The position numbers were made by a program, and so were the translations under genes. The notes beneath the pieces were generated by a model that was not told the origin of the DNA, did not search any database, and saw only the letters and a program-made list of their open reading frames with translations. From a virus, in the IMG/VR virus record IMGVR_UViG_3300030397_000229, positions 1-42,971 of that record: a DNA stretch of 42,971 nucleotides. One strand, 5' to 3'. Below are positions 1 to 6,614 of the stretch, piece by piece. Within the stretch, counting starts at the first letter, position 1; each line of letters begins with the position of its first letter.

Positions 1-146
1 ACCATCCTACGGTAGGCCTGCTCAGGTCTCTCATGGTCAGGTAAGTTCATAGTTGCATCGTCTTCACTCCACAACCACAGGACTCTGTCTTGCCACTGGT
101 CAGTGGGCTTGTGATACACTCGGTCTCTCTCAACCAGCGCACTCAT
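1..146 (-). CDS. Hypothetical protein, 3'-truncated by the window edge (MSALVERDRVYHKP...)
   Basis: Read by hand: ATG at 146 preceded by a near-perfect SD (AGGAGGTGA); open to the window edge; not in the ORF track. Confidence 0.7.
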   Translation of the reverse strand, partial: MSALVERDRVYHKPTDQWQDRVLWLWSEDDATMNLPDHERPEQAYRRM

Positions 147-160
147 ATCCTCACCTCCTG

Positions 161-358
161 TTACTTGAGCTGCTTCGAGGTGCCATCAGGATAGTATATC
201 CACTGAGTACGGTCATCAAAGTACATAGTAACACCTATCACACTTACAGTTACAGTATGAGCTCTGTCATACTGAGCAGATGACTCAGGGCTACTAGTGA
301 TATACTTGGGCAGATGCTCGAGTCTCTCACGTGACTTGATAACGCGCTCTTCTATCAT
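161..358 (-). CDS. Hypothetical early-region protein (65 aa)
   Basis: AGGAGG SD upstream; ATGA overlap with the upstream gene; tightly packed minus-strand cluster. Confidence 0.75.
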   Translation of the reverse strand: MIEERVIKSRERLEHLPKYITSSPESSAQYDRAHTVTVSVIGVTMYFDDRTQWIYYPDGTSKQLK

Positions 359-672
359 GATATCCTCCTGGCTAGGTCTTGAAAAGCGTCGAAGTCCTTA
401 CTCACACAGTATGTCTTATCCTCCAATATAATGAGGTCACTAGCCCACATTGCATTGAGGTGATCGCATACACGTGCTGCCACCTCCTTGGGAGACCAGC
501 CATCCATGCCCAGTCTCTTCATCACCGTGTAAACACAGGTGTTAGGTAGGACCGGACAGTGATGGCCGGGCATCTCTACCTCTATCCTATACCCATTAGA
601 TAGACTGGTTATAACAAAAGGGCCTTCTTCATACTCTACGTTGTTCTGGTAGTAGCCTACGACCTGCGCCAT
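355..672 (-). CDS. Hypothetical early-region protein (105 aa)
   Basis: AAGGAG SD upstream; tiles with neighbours; no recognisable domain. Confidence 0.75.
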   Translation of the reverse strand: MAQVVGYYQNNVEYEEGPFVITSLSNGYRIEVEMPGHHCPVLPNTCVYTVMKRLGMDGWSPKEVAARVCDHLNAMWASDLIILEDKTYCVSKDFDAFQDLARRIS

Positions 673-830
673 GCTTTCAACTCCTTCTCGTACAGCTCCT
701 TGTCATAGGGCTCATACGAGTCAGTCAGACAGTCAACCATCCAGTTGACAATAGGATCATCAGTATGCTCGTTCTTGTAATACGCCTCCAAGAACTTGCG
801 AAACTGGCTCATGCTGATGGTGATATCCAT
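657..830 (-). CDS. Hypothetical protein (57 aa, MDITISMSQFRKFLEAYY...)
   Basis: Read by hand, below the ORF-track cutoff; GAGGAG SD; fills the gap between neighbours. Confidence 0.7.
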   Translation of the reverse strand: MDITISMSQFRKFLEAYYKNEHTDDPIVNWMVDCLTDSYEPYDKELYEKELKAWRRS

Positions 831-831
831 A

Positions 832-945
832 TCACTCCTCCCTTATCATAGTTGGGCAGTCACCAGATATGACAAATGCAGTAAGCTCCACACCACACTC
901 ACTATCCCAGAGTACCATATACACAGCTGATGTGTCGTGTGCCAT
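832..945 (-). CDS. Hypothetical small protein (37 aa, MAHDTSAVYMVLWD...)
   Basis: Read by hand; GGAG SD; starts 3 nt after the upstream stop and ends 1 nt before the next ATG. Confidence 0.55.
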   Translation of the reverse strand: MAHDTSAVYMVLWDSECGVELTAFVISGDCPTMIREE

Positions 946-948
946 GAC

Positions 949-1170
949 CTACTCCCTTGACAGGTTGATGCCAATCTTGAATGCGACGATACCTAGCAGG
1001 ACGCCAGTCACTGTACAGAACCGCGCAATGACAGTCCCTGCTACCTCCCCATCAATACCAGCCAAGCCAGCTATAATAGCCAACTGGATAGCGATGCCTA
1101 TATTTACTACTACAGCTACTAGCACTCCGATGATACAGTACTTGAACTCACGCTGTTCTTTCAAGTCCAT
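949..1170 (-). CDS. Small membrane protein with two hydrophobic helices (73 aa)
   Basis: Two long apolar stretches; GGGAG SD. Confidence 0.7.
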   Translation of the reverse strand: MDLKEQREFKYCIIGVLVAVVVNIGIAIQLAIIAGLAGIDGEVAGTVIARFCTVTGVLLGIVAFKIGINLSRE

Positions 1171-1248
1171 GTTACATTCTCCCTTTGGCAGGTGTTTCTG
1201 GTGTTACATACCCACTCTAACTAAGGGGTATGACGTCCTCTCACTATA

Positions 1249-1277
1249 TTGACACCAATTGACATAACTCTATAAAT
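1249..1277 (+). promoter_or_regulatory. Sigma70-like promoter candidate, opposite in direction to the flanking genes
   Basis: TTGACA (1249-1254), 16-nt spacer, TATAAA(T) (1271-1277). Confidence 0.4.
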
Positions 1278-1297
1278 GCGCGCATCTTATGTCTTTG

Positions 1298-1372
1298 CTA
1301 GCTACTAAACTAACTACCAATAATACCACACTACACTATACTACTAACTACCTACTACACCAGTACTATACT
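1298..1372. repeat. Low-complexity CTA/CTAC/ACTA-rich tract, almost G-free on the + strand
   Basis: Seen directly: ctactaaactaactaccaataataccacactacactatactactaactacctactacac. Confidence 0.8.
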
Positions 1373-1702
1373 AGGAGGGATTGGGAGTGTTTAGGATGAT
1401 TACTTACACAGCAACACCCTACACCCTCTATCATGCAATATATTAGCAAATATGCCATATTAGGCTAGAATAGCACTCCTAACGACGAGGAGAAGAGGAA
1501 AGCGAGAACAAAAGACGAGTTTTTAGCCAGTGTTCAAACACCGACTCTCAATATAATGCATATTGTGGCTCTTACATATCCACATCCAATCCGGTCTAGC
1601 CGGAGGGCCGAGCCTAGAAAAACGGCCTTCTTGATACCGTACACTCACTTTTTCCAGAATCGACCTTTTTCAAAGCATGCAACTTATTGACACAAGCTGC
1701 AT

Positions 1703-2092
1703 TTAAGCCCGTCTGCAGTGCTTGCAGAACAGGCTGTCTTCTTCACTCGGATGTTCACACTCGAAAGAGACACACCTCTTAGCACCACCAGGTGAGTGCC
1801 CACAGGAAACACAGACAGGACCGTCTTTAGTCTCCTTCATAGCAGGTGCTTGACAACACATGGGCTCCTGCTCTGCACTCGCCATGTCGATCTCACAGGC
1901 CGCACAGTACTGTAGGCCTTCCATCTTCAGAGCTCTGCCACAAGGACAGAGCCTAGCATCCTGATGTGGAGTAGACTCCACACGTAGAACAGGGATCCAC
2001 TCGTATTTGCCAAGGTCCTTGGCGATGTATCTCACCAGGTCCTCGAGAACGGCGTTCTCTTGTTCTGTCTGAGCTTGTATATGAATATACAT
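1703..2092 (-). CDS. Cys-rich, probably multi-zinc-binding protein (129 aa; start revised to ATG 2092)
   Basis: AAGGAG SD before ATG 2092; CPC, CAAC, CC, CVSC, CxxxxC and CKHC clusters in the C-terminal half. Confidence 0.7.
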   Translation of the reverse strand: MYIHIQAQTEQENAVLEDLVRYIAKDLGKYEWIPVLRVESTPHQDARLCPCGRALKMEGLQYCAACEIDMASAEQEPMCCQAPAMKETKDGPVCVSCGHSPGGAKRCVSFECEHPSEEDSLFCKHCRRA

Positions 2093-2198
2093 GTACTGTC
2101 TCCTTGTAGTAGGGGTTAGTATGTCGCTCACTTCGTTCGCTCCAGTACTTAGTAGTAAGCCTCCACACCACGTCAAGGTGTACTGGAATGTGGAGGAA

Positions 2199-2228
2199 GG
2201 GGAACACCCAACTTAATGAGTGCTCCCC
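2199..2228 (-). terminator. 12-bp RNA hairpin just after the 2240-2809 gene (terminator or stabiliser)
   Basis: GGGGAGCACUCA pairs with UGGGUGUUCCCC. The G-U pairs work only on the minus-strand transcript; no long U-tract follows. Confidence 0.5.
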
Positions 2229-2239
2229 CATACTAAGGA

Positions 2240-2809
2240 CTAGTCTTCCGACTGGCCCTCACCATCGTTGCCTTCAGGGTCCTGCTCCTGCAGTTCCTTG
2301 ATGGCCTTCCTCACCTTGGCCTTGGCGTCAGCATCCAAGACGATCCGGCGAACGTTCAGGAAGTGCAAGCTGTAGGGCTCACCCGTCTCCTTGTTCTCCT
2401 TCTCGACGAGGTTGGACTGACCCTGACCCATGATGACCAGGTGATCACCATTGGCAAGACGCGTGGTGATGCCGTCCTGGATCTGGCTCATGGCACCCAG
2501 CATGTCCTCGGCACTCACCGGGATATCCAGGGCAGTGGCCAGAACAGCCAGCTTACGGCAGAACGACTCCAGGGCCTCCCGAGTGGGGACACCTTCCACC
2601 GAGCCATGCTTGGAGGGCATGAACTTGGTGATGAAGCGGGAAGGGCAGCCCTGGACACCAGTACGCAACTGGAGGCAGGGCACACCGAAGCTATCCACGA
2701 TCTTGGCTCCCCTGATGATGACCAGGTGAAGACCCTCGGGGACGTCCGGGTTGATGCTTTCCGGTCCGAAGTCGAAGTTGAGGTTGATGGTGCTATCAGA
2801 GTTACTCAT
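2240..2809 (-). CDS. Putative single-stranded DNA-binding protein (DUF669-like OB fold)
   Basis: N-terminal VPEGLHLVIIRGAK resembles the 'lPeG.y.v.I..ae' start of DUF669/phage SSB-like proteins; beta-rich body; acidic tail (EQDPEGNDGEGQSED); C-ending codon bias. Family call is by eye. Confidence 0.5.
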   Translation of the reverse strand: MSNSDSTINLNFDFGPESINPDVPEGLHLVIIRGAKIVDSFGVPCLQLRTGVQGCPSRFITKFMPSKHGSVEGVPTREALESFCRKLAVLATALDIPVSAEDMLGAMSQIQDGITTRLANGDHLVIMGQGQSNLVEKENKETGEPYSLHFLNVRRIVLDADAKAKVRKAIKELQEQDPEGNDGEGQSED

Positions 2810-2825
2810 GGTATTGTTACCTTTG

Positions 2826-2946
2826 AGTGAGGTACCTAGTGTAGGTACAGATTAGGGTGACAGGACACCTGCCCACAGCGGGCTTACACTCACACCTCCA
2901 GCTCCTGTCGTGGTGAGCGTTACCCCCACTCAATAGAATGGGGGCG
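2826..2946 (-). ncRNA. Candidate structured 5' leader RNA containing a pseudoknot
   Basis: Five complementary helices, two of which cross (2913-2920/2886-2893 and 2903-2909/2859-2865); G-U pairs favour the minus strand. Confidence 0.45.
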
Positions 2947-2952
2947 TTATGA

Positions 2953-3174
2953 CTAGTCGACGTTGTGAGTGGCTACCTCTTGGAGGTCCACACGTTGGAA
3001 TCCACTGGCCTCGATGTCCTTCTCGAGCGTGGCCTTGTCCTTCTTCCTCTTCGGGAACCAGGACCTGATGTGCCTACCAACAGTCCTCAGGTTGAGGTCC
3101 AGGGTGGCTTCGGTCGCGTCTTCCACAGAGACCTGCTTACGGTACAGGTCAGACCAGAATTGCTTGTTGAACAT
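2953..3174 (-). CDS. Hypothetical protein (73 aa; start revised to ATG 3174, MFNKQFWSD...)
   Basis: AGAGGA SD. The 208-aa track ORF overlaps other genes, so its upstream part is rejected. Confidence 0.7.
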   Translation of the reverse strand: MFNKQFWSDLYRKQVSVEDATEATLDLNLRTVGRHIRSWFPKRKKDKATLEKDIEASGFQRVDLQEVATHNVD

Positions 3175-3190
3175 GGTTAGATCCTCTTGT

Positions 3191-3475
3191 CTAGTGAGTG
3201 ATAGGGAGTTGAGTGAGCACATGCTGAACACGCTTGTCCAGCTCCTCAGGTGCGTCCAGGTACACCGTGTCTTGCAGGTACCAGGGCTCCTGTGGTTCAT
3301 CGACCTCGTCCTCTCCATGGTAGGGAGGCAGGTCATCAGGCAGGGGGCCGTACAGTGCACGGTACCTCTGCAGTTCATCGTACACCTCCAGGTACAGCCT
3401 GTCACTCTGCTGTACATAGGGGTGCATACGGATAGCCCACCTAAGGGCACTAGTGATCCAGTGTAGCATACGCAT
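3191..3475 (-). CDS. Hypothetical protein (94 aa)
   Basis: AAGGAG SD; tiles with neighbours. Confidence 0.7.
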   Translation of the reverse strand: MRMLHWITSALRWAIRMHPYVQQSDRLYLEVYDELQRYRALYGPLPDDLPPYHGEDEVDEPQEPWYLQDTVYLDAPEELDKRVQHVLTQLPITH

Positions 3476-3508
3476 GGTATGGTCTCCTTGATACGTGGTG
3501 AGTATGGG

Positions 3509-3595
3509 TTAGGATAGTGTGAGTAGCACCCACATGATGAGTGCACTGGTGAGGAAGGCTGCTCCACACAGGAGCTCACGTAGTGTGATACGCAT
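3509..3595 (-). CDS. Micro membrane protein (28 aa, MRITLRELLCGAAFLTSALIMWVLLTLS)
   Basis: Read by hand; single hydrophobic helix; TAG-CACT-ATG junction with the upstream gene. Confidence 0.55.
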   Translation of the reverse strand: MRITLRELLCGAAFLTSALIMWVLLTLS

Positions 3596-3599
3596 AGTG

Positions 3600-3701
3600 C
3601 TAGGTGTTATCGACTAGCCACCATATGATACCCACAAGGGCACCAATGATAGACCAGTACAGTAGGTCATTGTTGATGATGTAGTTGAGGAGGCGCTTCA
3701 T
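3600..3701 (-). CDS. Micro membrane protein (33 aa, MKRLLNYIINNDLLYWSIIGALVGIIWWLVDNT)
   Basis: Read by hand; single hydrophobic helix; same TAG-CACT-ATG junction. Confidence 0.6.
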   Translation of the reverse strand: MKRLLNYIINNDLLYWSIIGALVGIIWWLVDNT

Positions 3702-3705
3702 AGTG

Positions 3706-3807
3706 CTATCCCAACAGGTCTTGCAGTGTGAGTGTGGCGTAGAAGCCAAGGCCCAAGCAGATCATGCTGTAGATCATGAAGAGCAAGAGCCACTTACGGA
3801 TTGACAT
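3706..3807 (-). CDS. Micro membrane protein (33 aa, MSIRKWLLLFMIYSMICLGLGFYATLTLQDLLG)
   Basis: Read by hand; GAGGTGA SD; basic N-terminus followed by one hydrophobic helix; first gene of the minus-strand cluster. Confidence 0.65.
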   Translation of the reverse strand: MSIRKWLLLFMIYSMICLGLGFYATLTLQDLLG

Positions 3808-3809
3808 GT

Positions 3810-4001
3810 TGTTCACCTCTTGTCAGAAAACAGGGGTGGGCGTGTTCCTTCAAAACCACTAAGGCTCTAAAGGAGGTTTCAAAGGATGGTTACCCAACCC
3901 CATGCTACCTTTTTTTTTATTTTAGGGGAACTTTTGGCCCTATAAAGCCGTCTAACATCAGTAAAACCGGCGCTTCTAAAATCCCCTACCGGAAACAATA
4001 T
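3810..4001. other. Divergent strand-switch region; candidate genome terminus or packaging site
   Basis: Coding strand flips here; GGGGTGGG (3833-3840), a T9 run (3910-3918) and other homopolymer runs that are rare elsewhere. Confidence 0.4.
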
Positions 4002-4277
4002 ATGCTGTCTCTCATCCAAACAGTTAATTGCTCTGTATGTGGTGAACAGTTTGAATATCAATCTGTTGCCTATGACACTCTTAAGTCGTTTCTAGGAGGA
4101 CCGGTATATTCTGCTAGGTGTCACGTCTGCTATATGATCCCTTATGCTGAAGACACTCTGTATGAATATGATGGGTCTAATTGGGTTGTAGTTGAAGCCG
4201 GCACTTCTTTTGTAGCTGCTAATATAACTGTCAATCACCCTCATCCAACCGGTAGTCCCCCAGACAAGATATTCTAA
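4002..4277 (+). CDS. Zinc-ribbon-like hypothetical protein (91 aa; start revised to ATG 4002)
   Basis: CSVC and CHVC pairs; TAATG coupling to the next gene. The upstream extension in the track runs through the homopolymer region. Confidence 0.6.
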   Translation: MLSLIQTVNCSVCGEQFEYQSVAYDTLKSFLGGPVYSARCHVCYMIPYAEDTLYEYDGSNWVVVEAGTSFVAANITVNHPHPTGSPPDKIF

Positions 4278-4411
4278 TGGAATTCGTACTAGCAGAGGTC
4301 TTAGCTGCTGTGATTATCACTATAGGGTTAGCCCTGAACGGCATCATCTTATATGCAGTCATAGATGTCCTAGTGCATATCTTCAAGGAACGTAAGAATC
4401 GTCCTAAGTAA
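4277..4411 (+). CDS. Small membrane protein (44 aa, MEFVLAEVLAAVIITIG...KERKNRPK)
   Basis: Read by hand; TAATG overlap; hydrophobic helix with a basic tail. Confidence 0.65.
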   Translation: MEFVLAEVLAAVIITIGLALNGIILYAVIDVLVHIFKERKNRPK

Positions 4412-4435
4412 ATCCCCGCGCACTCTTTTTATTCT

Positions 4436-4678
4436 TTGGTAGCCCTAACATCAGACCTAACTTGCTTCCATTGTGGTAGACGCTACAGCGTCGTCCTGAA
4501 TGGCTGTTGCCATTTAGGTCATCAATATGTCGTTAGTGCTTCTGAACTCAATCAATTGCTTAACAGGCGTAAGCCTTCTATCTGCTACCCTTGTACGCAG
4601 AATGACCCTATGACGGTAGGTACCCCTACCCTTGGAGCTAAATATCCAGAGCCTTATAGTGAGGCCAATATAGCATGA
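4436..4678 (+). CDS. Cys-containing hypothetical protein (80 aa)
   Basis: CFHC and CYPC pairs; ATGA overlap with the next gene; TTG start uncertain. Confidence 0.5.
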   Translation: MVALTSDLTCFHCGRRYSVVLNGCCHLGHQYVVSASELNQLLNRRKPSICYPCTQNDPMTVGTPTLGAKYPEPYSEANIA

Positions 4679-4875
4679 ATTATCGTAAGAATGGTCTATG
4701 GGTTAGACCCTTTGCTAAAGGTACTATCCTGTATACGAACAAGCGCCGCAAGTGGTTCGGACAGGACAAGATAACAATCGAACAGCAGAAGATTGGATCT
4801 GGTGTGTTTAAGGGTTGGCCATCGCCTGGCATTTACCTTAGTGGTGTAGACTACGGAGCGTTGGTCTCCAAGTAG
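4675..4875 (+). CDS. Basic hypothetical protein (66 aa)
   Basis: GAGG SD and ATGA overlap. Confidence 0.6.
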   Translation: MNYRKNGLWVRPFAKGTILYTNKRRKWFGQDKITIEQQKIGSGVFKGWPSPGIYLSGVDYGALVSK

Positions 4876-4879
4876 ATAA

Positions 4880-5029
4880 TTGCCTAGACTGGAGGAGATA
4901 TTACTAGGATGCATTATATTGACTTTCACCTTATGCCTAATGGGCGCATTCTGGGTCTCCGAGTTGATTTACGCATGGAAGCCCGGAAATACACATGTGG
5001 AGACGCATAAGAACCCCTGGTGGGACTAG
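4880..5029 (+). CDS. Possible small membrane protein (49 aa, TTG start)
   Basis: Read by hand; one hydrophobic helix. A shorter ATG ORF in another frame competes. Confidence 0.35.
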   Translation: MPRLEEILLGCIILTFTLCLMGAFWVSELIYAWKPGNTHVETHKNPWWD

Positions 5030-5085
5030 AAGGACAATTACTTGAAGGTAACCCCTAACTCGAACCCTTCGCGCGACGCACGCTG

Positions 5086-5685
5086 ATGTCATTAGACATA
5101 CAATTATATTTATCACAATACTCTGGACAGGACCTGGAGGACGTTTACACGGGTGCTGTAGGAGGTCCTATCACTGAGCTCGTAGCTGAGGACCTATTTA
5201 TTGAGTACTCTGATGATCTAGTAGCCCCAGCCCATGGAGAGGGGGTGCTGTACTCATACAGTAAGTATTTTGTGAACATCACCGGATTTGACGGTGCTAC
5301 GCACGTCAACCATGTTAAGGCATGTGTACTGTACTCAAATCATCCGGAGCAGATCTACATAGCTGCTACCCCGCACCACGAAGACGCCCTCACTGGTGGA
5401 CCCAATATATTTGGGGATCAGAGCGAGCATAGGTTCGCTGACCTTGGCTTTTCGGGTGGTGCCCCTACGGTCTTCCACGATAGACCTGAATTTAGCCCCG
5501 CAAACGGCCTGAGCAACGCTGTGACGCTATATAACATCTCAGGTGAGCTAGGAGGCGATGTGACCGTAGGTCCCGGTACAGGCGAAGCCCTGGCGTTCTG
5601 GGTACTACGTAGGATAGATGAACACACCCTGTCTGGGCAGAACAACTTCAGACTGGGTTTCTTTGCCGAGAATTCTGTCCGCTAA
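5086..5685 (+). CDS. Putative beta-rich virion structural protein (199 aa)
   Basis: Acidic and Gly-rich. The pattern LYLS..GAVGGPIT..LF..YSKYFVN..GPG..AFWVLRRI recalls a recurrent phage virion protein family (recognised by eye). Confidence 0.5.
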   Translation: MSLDIQLYLSQYSGQDLEDVYTGAVGGPITELVAEDLFIEYSDDLVAPAHGEGVLYSYSKYFVNITGFDGATHVNHVKACVLYSNHPEQIYIAATPHHEDALTGGPNIFGDQSEHRFADLGFSGGAPTVFHDRPEFSPANGLSNAVTLYNISGELGGDVTVGPGTGEALAFWVLRRIDEHTLSGQNNFRLGFFAENSVR

Positions 5686-5697
5686 TGAGGATATATC

Positions 5698-5901
5698 ATG
5701 ACTAAGTCATACTCGTGGATCTATTGGACTTGCGATAAACGCAATTGTGGTCGAGACAACCATAGGCAATTAGAGAAGGGAATGACGGTCGTGTCTGATT
5801 ACTGTGAGCACTGTGGGCAATATATTAGAGAGCCCATTACGATTAGTATAGATTATTTAACTGGAGCTAGTACTTCAAAAAATGACATCAAGAAATTCTA
5901 A
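5698..5901 (+). CDS. Zinc-ribbon protein (67 aa)
   Basis: GAGGA SD; CDKRNC and CEHC. Confidence 0.7.
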   Translation: MTKSYSWIYWTCDKRNCGRDNHRQLEKGMTVVSDYCEHCGQYIREPITISIDYLTGASTSKNDIKKF

Positions 5902-6262
5902 GAGCATGGAGACACTGAACATGGAGGACTATATTGTCAGTGATCCTGCTATTACCTCTGCCACCAATATATATGAGCTTTTCAAAGTTAATGTGTGCCC
6001 GGTAGAAACCAAGAAGGTCCCGGACCTGTTGACTGGAGGTGACAGAAAGCGTAAGTTTGGTGTAGCCTTGAGTATTGCACTCATACCTACCTACCAGCAG
6101 CTACCAGAGCCAATCTCTATTCCCCAGGATATGGGGGCTATGCTAATTGACGGTGACTCGCTAGATGACATCAAGGCACGTATCGTAGCTGAGGTCGAGA
6201 TGATATTCAAGGCCTATCAGGATATGGAAGATGCTAACAACAAGACAAGCGGAGATAGCTAG
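5882..6262 (+). CDS. Hypothetical protein (start may be a downstream ATG)
   Basis: Continuous ORF in operon context. Confidence 0.7.
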   Translation: MTSRNSKSMETLNMEDYIVSDPAITSATNIYELFKVNVCPVETKKVPDLLTGGDRKRKFGVALSIALIPTYQQLPEPISIPQDMGAMLIDGDSLDDIKARIVAEVEMIFKAYQDMEDANNKTSGDS

Positions 6263-6614
6263 ATTCATCCATGTAAGAGACGGTGGCAGAGACCTCTTCA
6301 TTGAGTTCGACCGCCTTGTTGACCGACTCATGGATCTCAACAAGTTGACCTTCTCGGTCTCTAAGTTCGAGCGTATGTTCGAGGAAGAGCTGAACAAGAA
6401 GATTATCAACAAGTATGAGATAAACCAAGCTACCATGGCAGCTATAGCAGACTACTGTGACAAGCTCGCAATATACCTAGCACAGGAAAAGTTCGAGATT
6501 GAGCAGGGTAGACCTGAGAAGATGAAGGAACTGCAAAAGAACCTCAGAGCTCAGGAACCAGCTAAAGACCAATATGGTATAGATGATGTGAGACGGCGCC
6601 AGGCAGAGCAGTGA
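6231..6614 (+). CDS. Helical hypothetical protein (127 aa)
   Basis: Continuous ORF; GTGA overlap with the next gene. Confidence 0.7.
   Translation: MLTTRQAEIARFIHVRDGGRDLFIEFDRLVDRLMDLNKLTFSVSKFERMFEEELNKKIINKYEINQATMAAIADYCDKLAIYLAQEKFEIEQGRPEKMKELQKNLRAQEPAKDQYGIDDVRRRQAEQ

Larger units (their letters stand above)
1171..1702. promoter_or_regulatory. Non-coding control region (candidate origin or terminus-associated element)
   Basis: Longest gene-free gap in the window. Contains a hairpin (1207-1232), tandem ATTGACA, a G-poor low-complexity tract and several AATAT/ATATT inverted repeats. Confidence 0.5.

Noticed and set aside
1298-1372. CRISPR array or true tandem repeat
   Set aside because: No constant repeat unit or spacer periodicity; it is only low complexity. 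I saw no repeat-spacer array anywhere in the window.
2859-2920. HDV-like, twister or pistol ribozyme in the pseudoknotted leader
   Set aside because: The helix order resembles HDV P1/P2/P4, but there is no pyrimidine-rich L3, P1.1 or proper J4/2. The AAGCCCG and UAAC words lack the twister T1 pairing. Kept only as an unknown structured RNA.
53-3466. Plus-strand ORFs over the early cluster (e.g. 869-1252, 2363-2830, 2969-3466)
   Set aside because: They are antisense shadows of SD-supported minus-strand genes and have no start signals or protein-like motifs.
2953-3579. 208-aa minus-strand ORF in the track
   Set aside because: Its upstream part overlaps the 3191-3475 gene and a micro-ORF in other frames; an SD supports a start at 3174.
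1171-5085. tRNA genes in the intergenic gaps
   Set aside because: I could not build a cloverleaf with a GTTCRA T-loop and acceptor stem by eye; tRNAscan-SE or ARAGORN would settle it.
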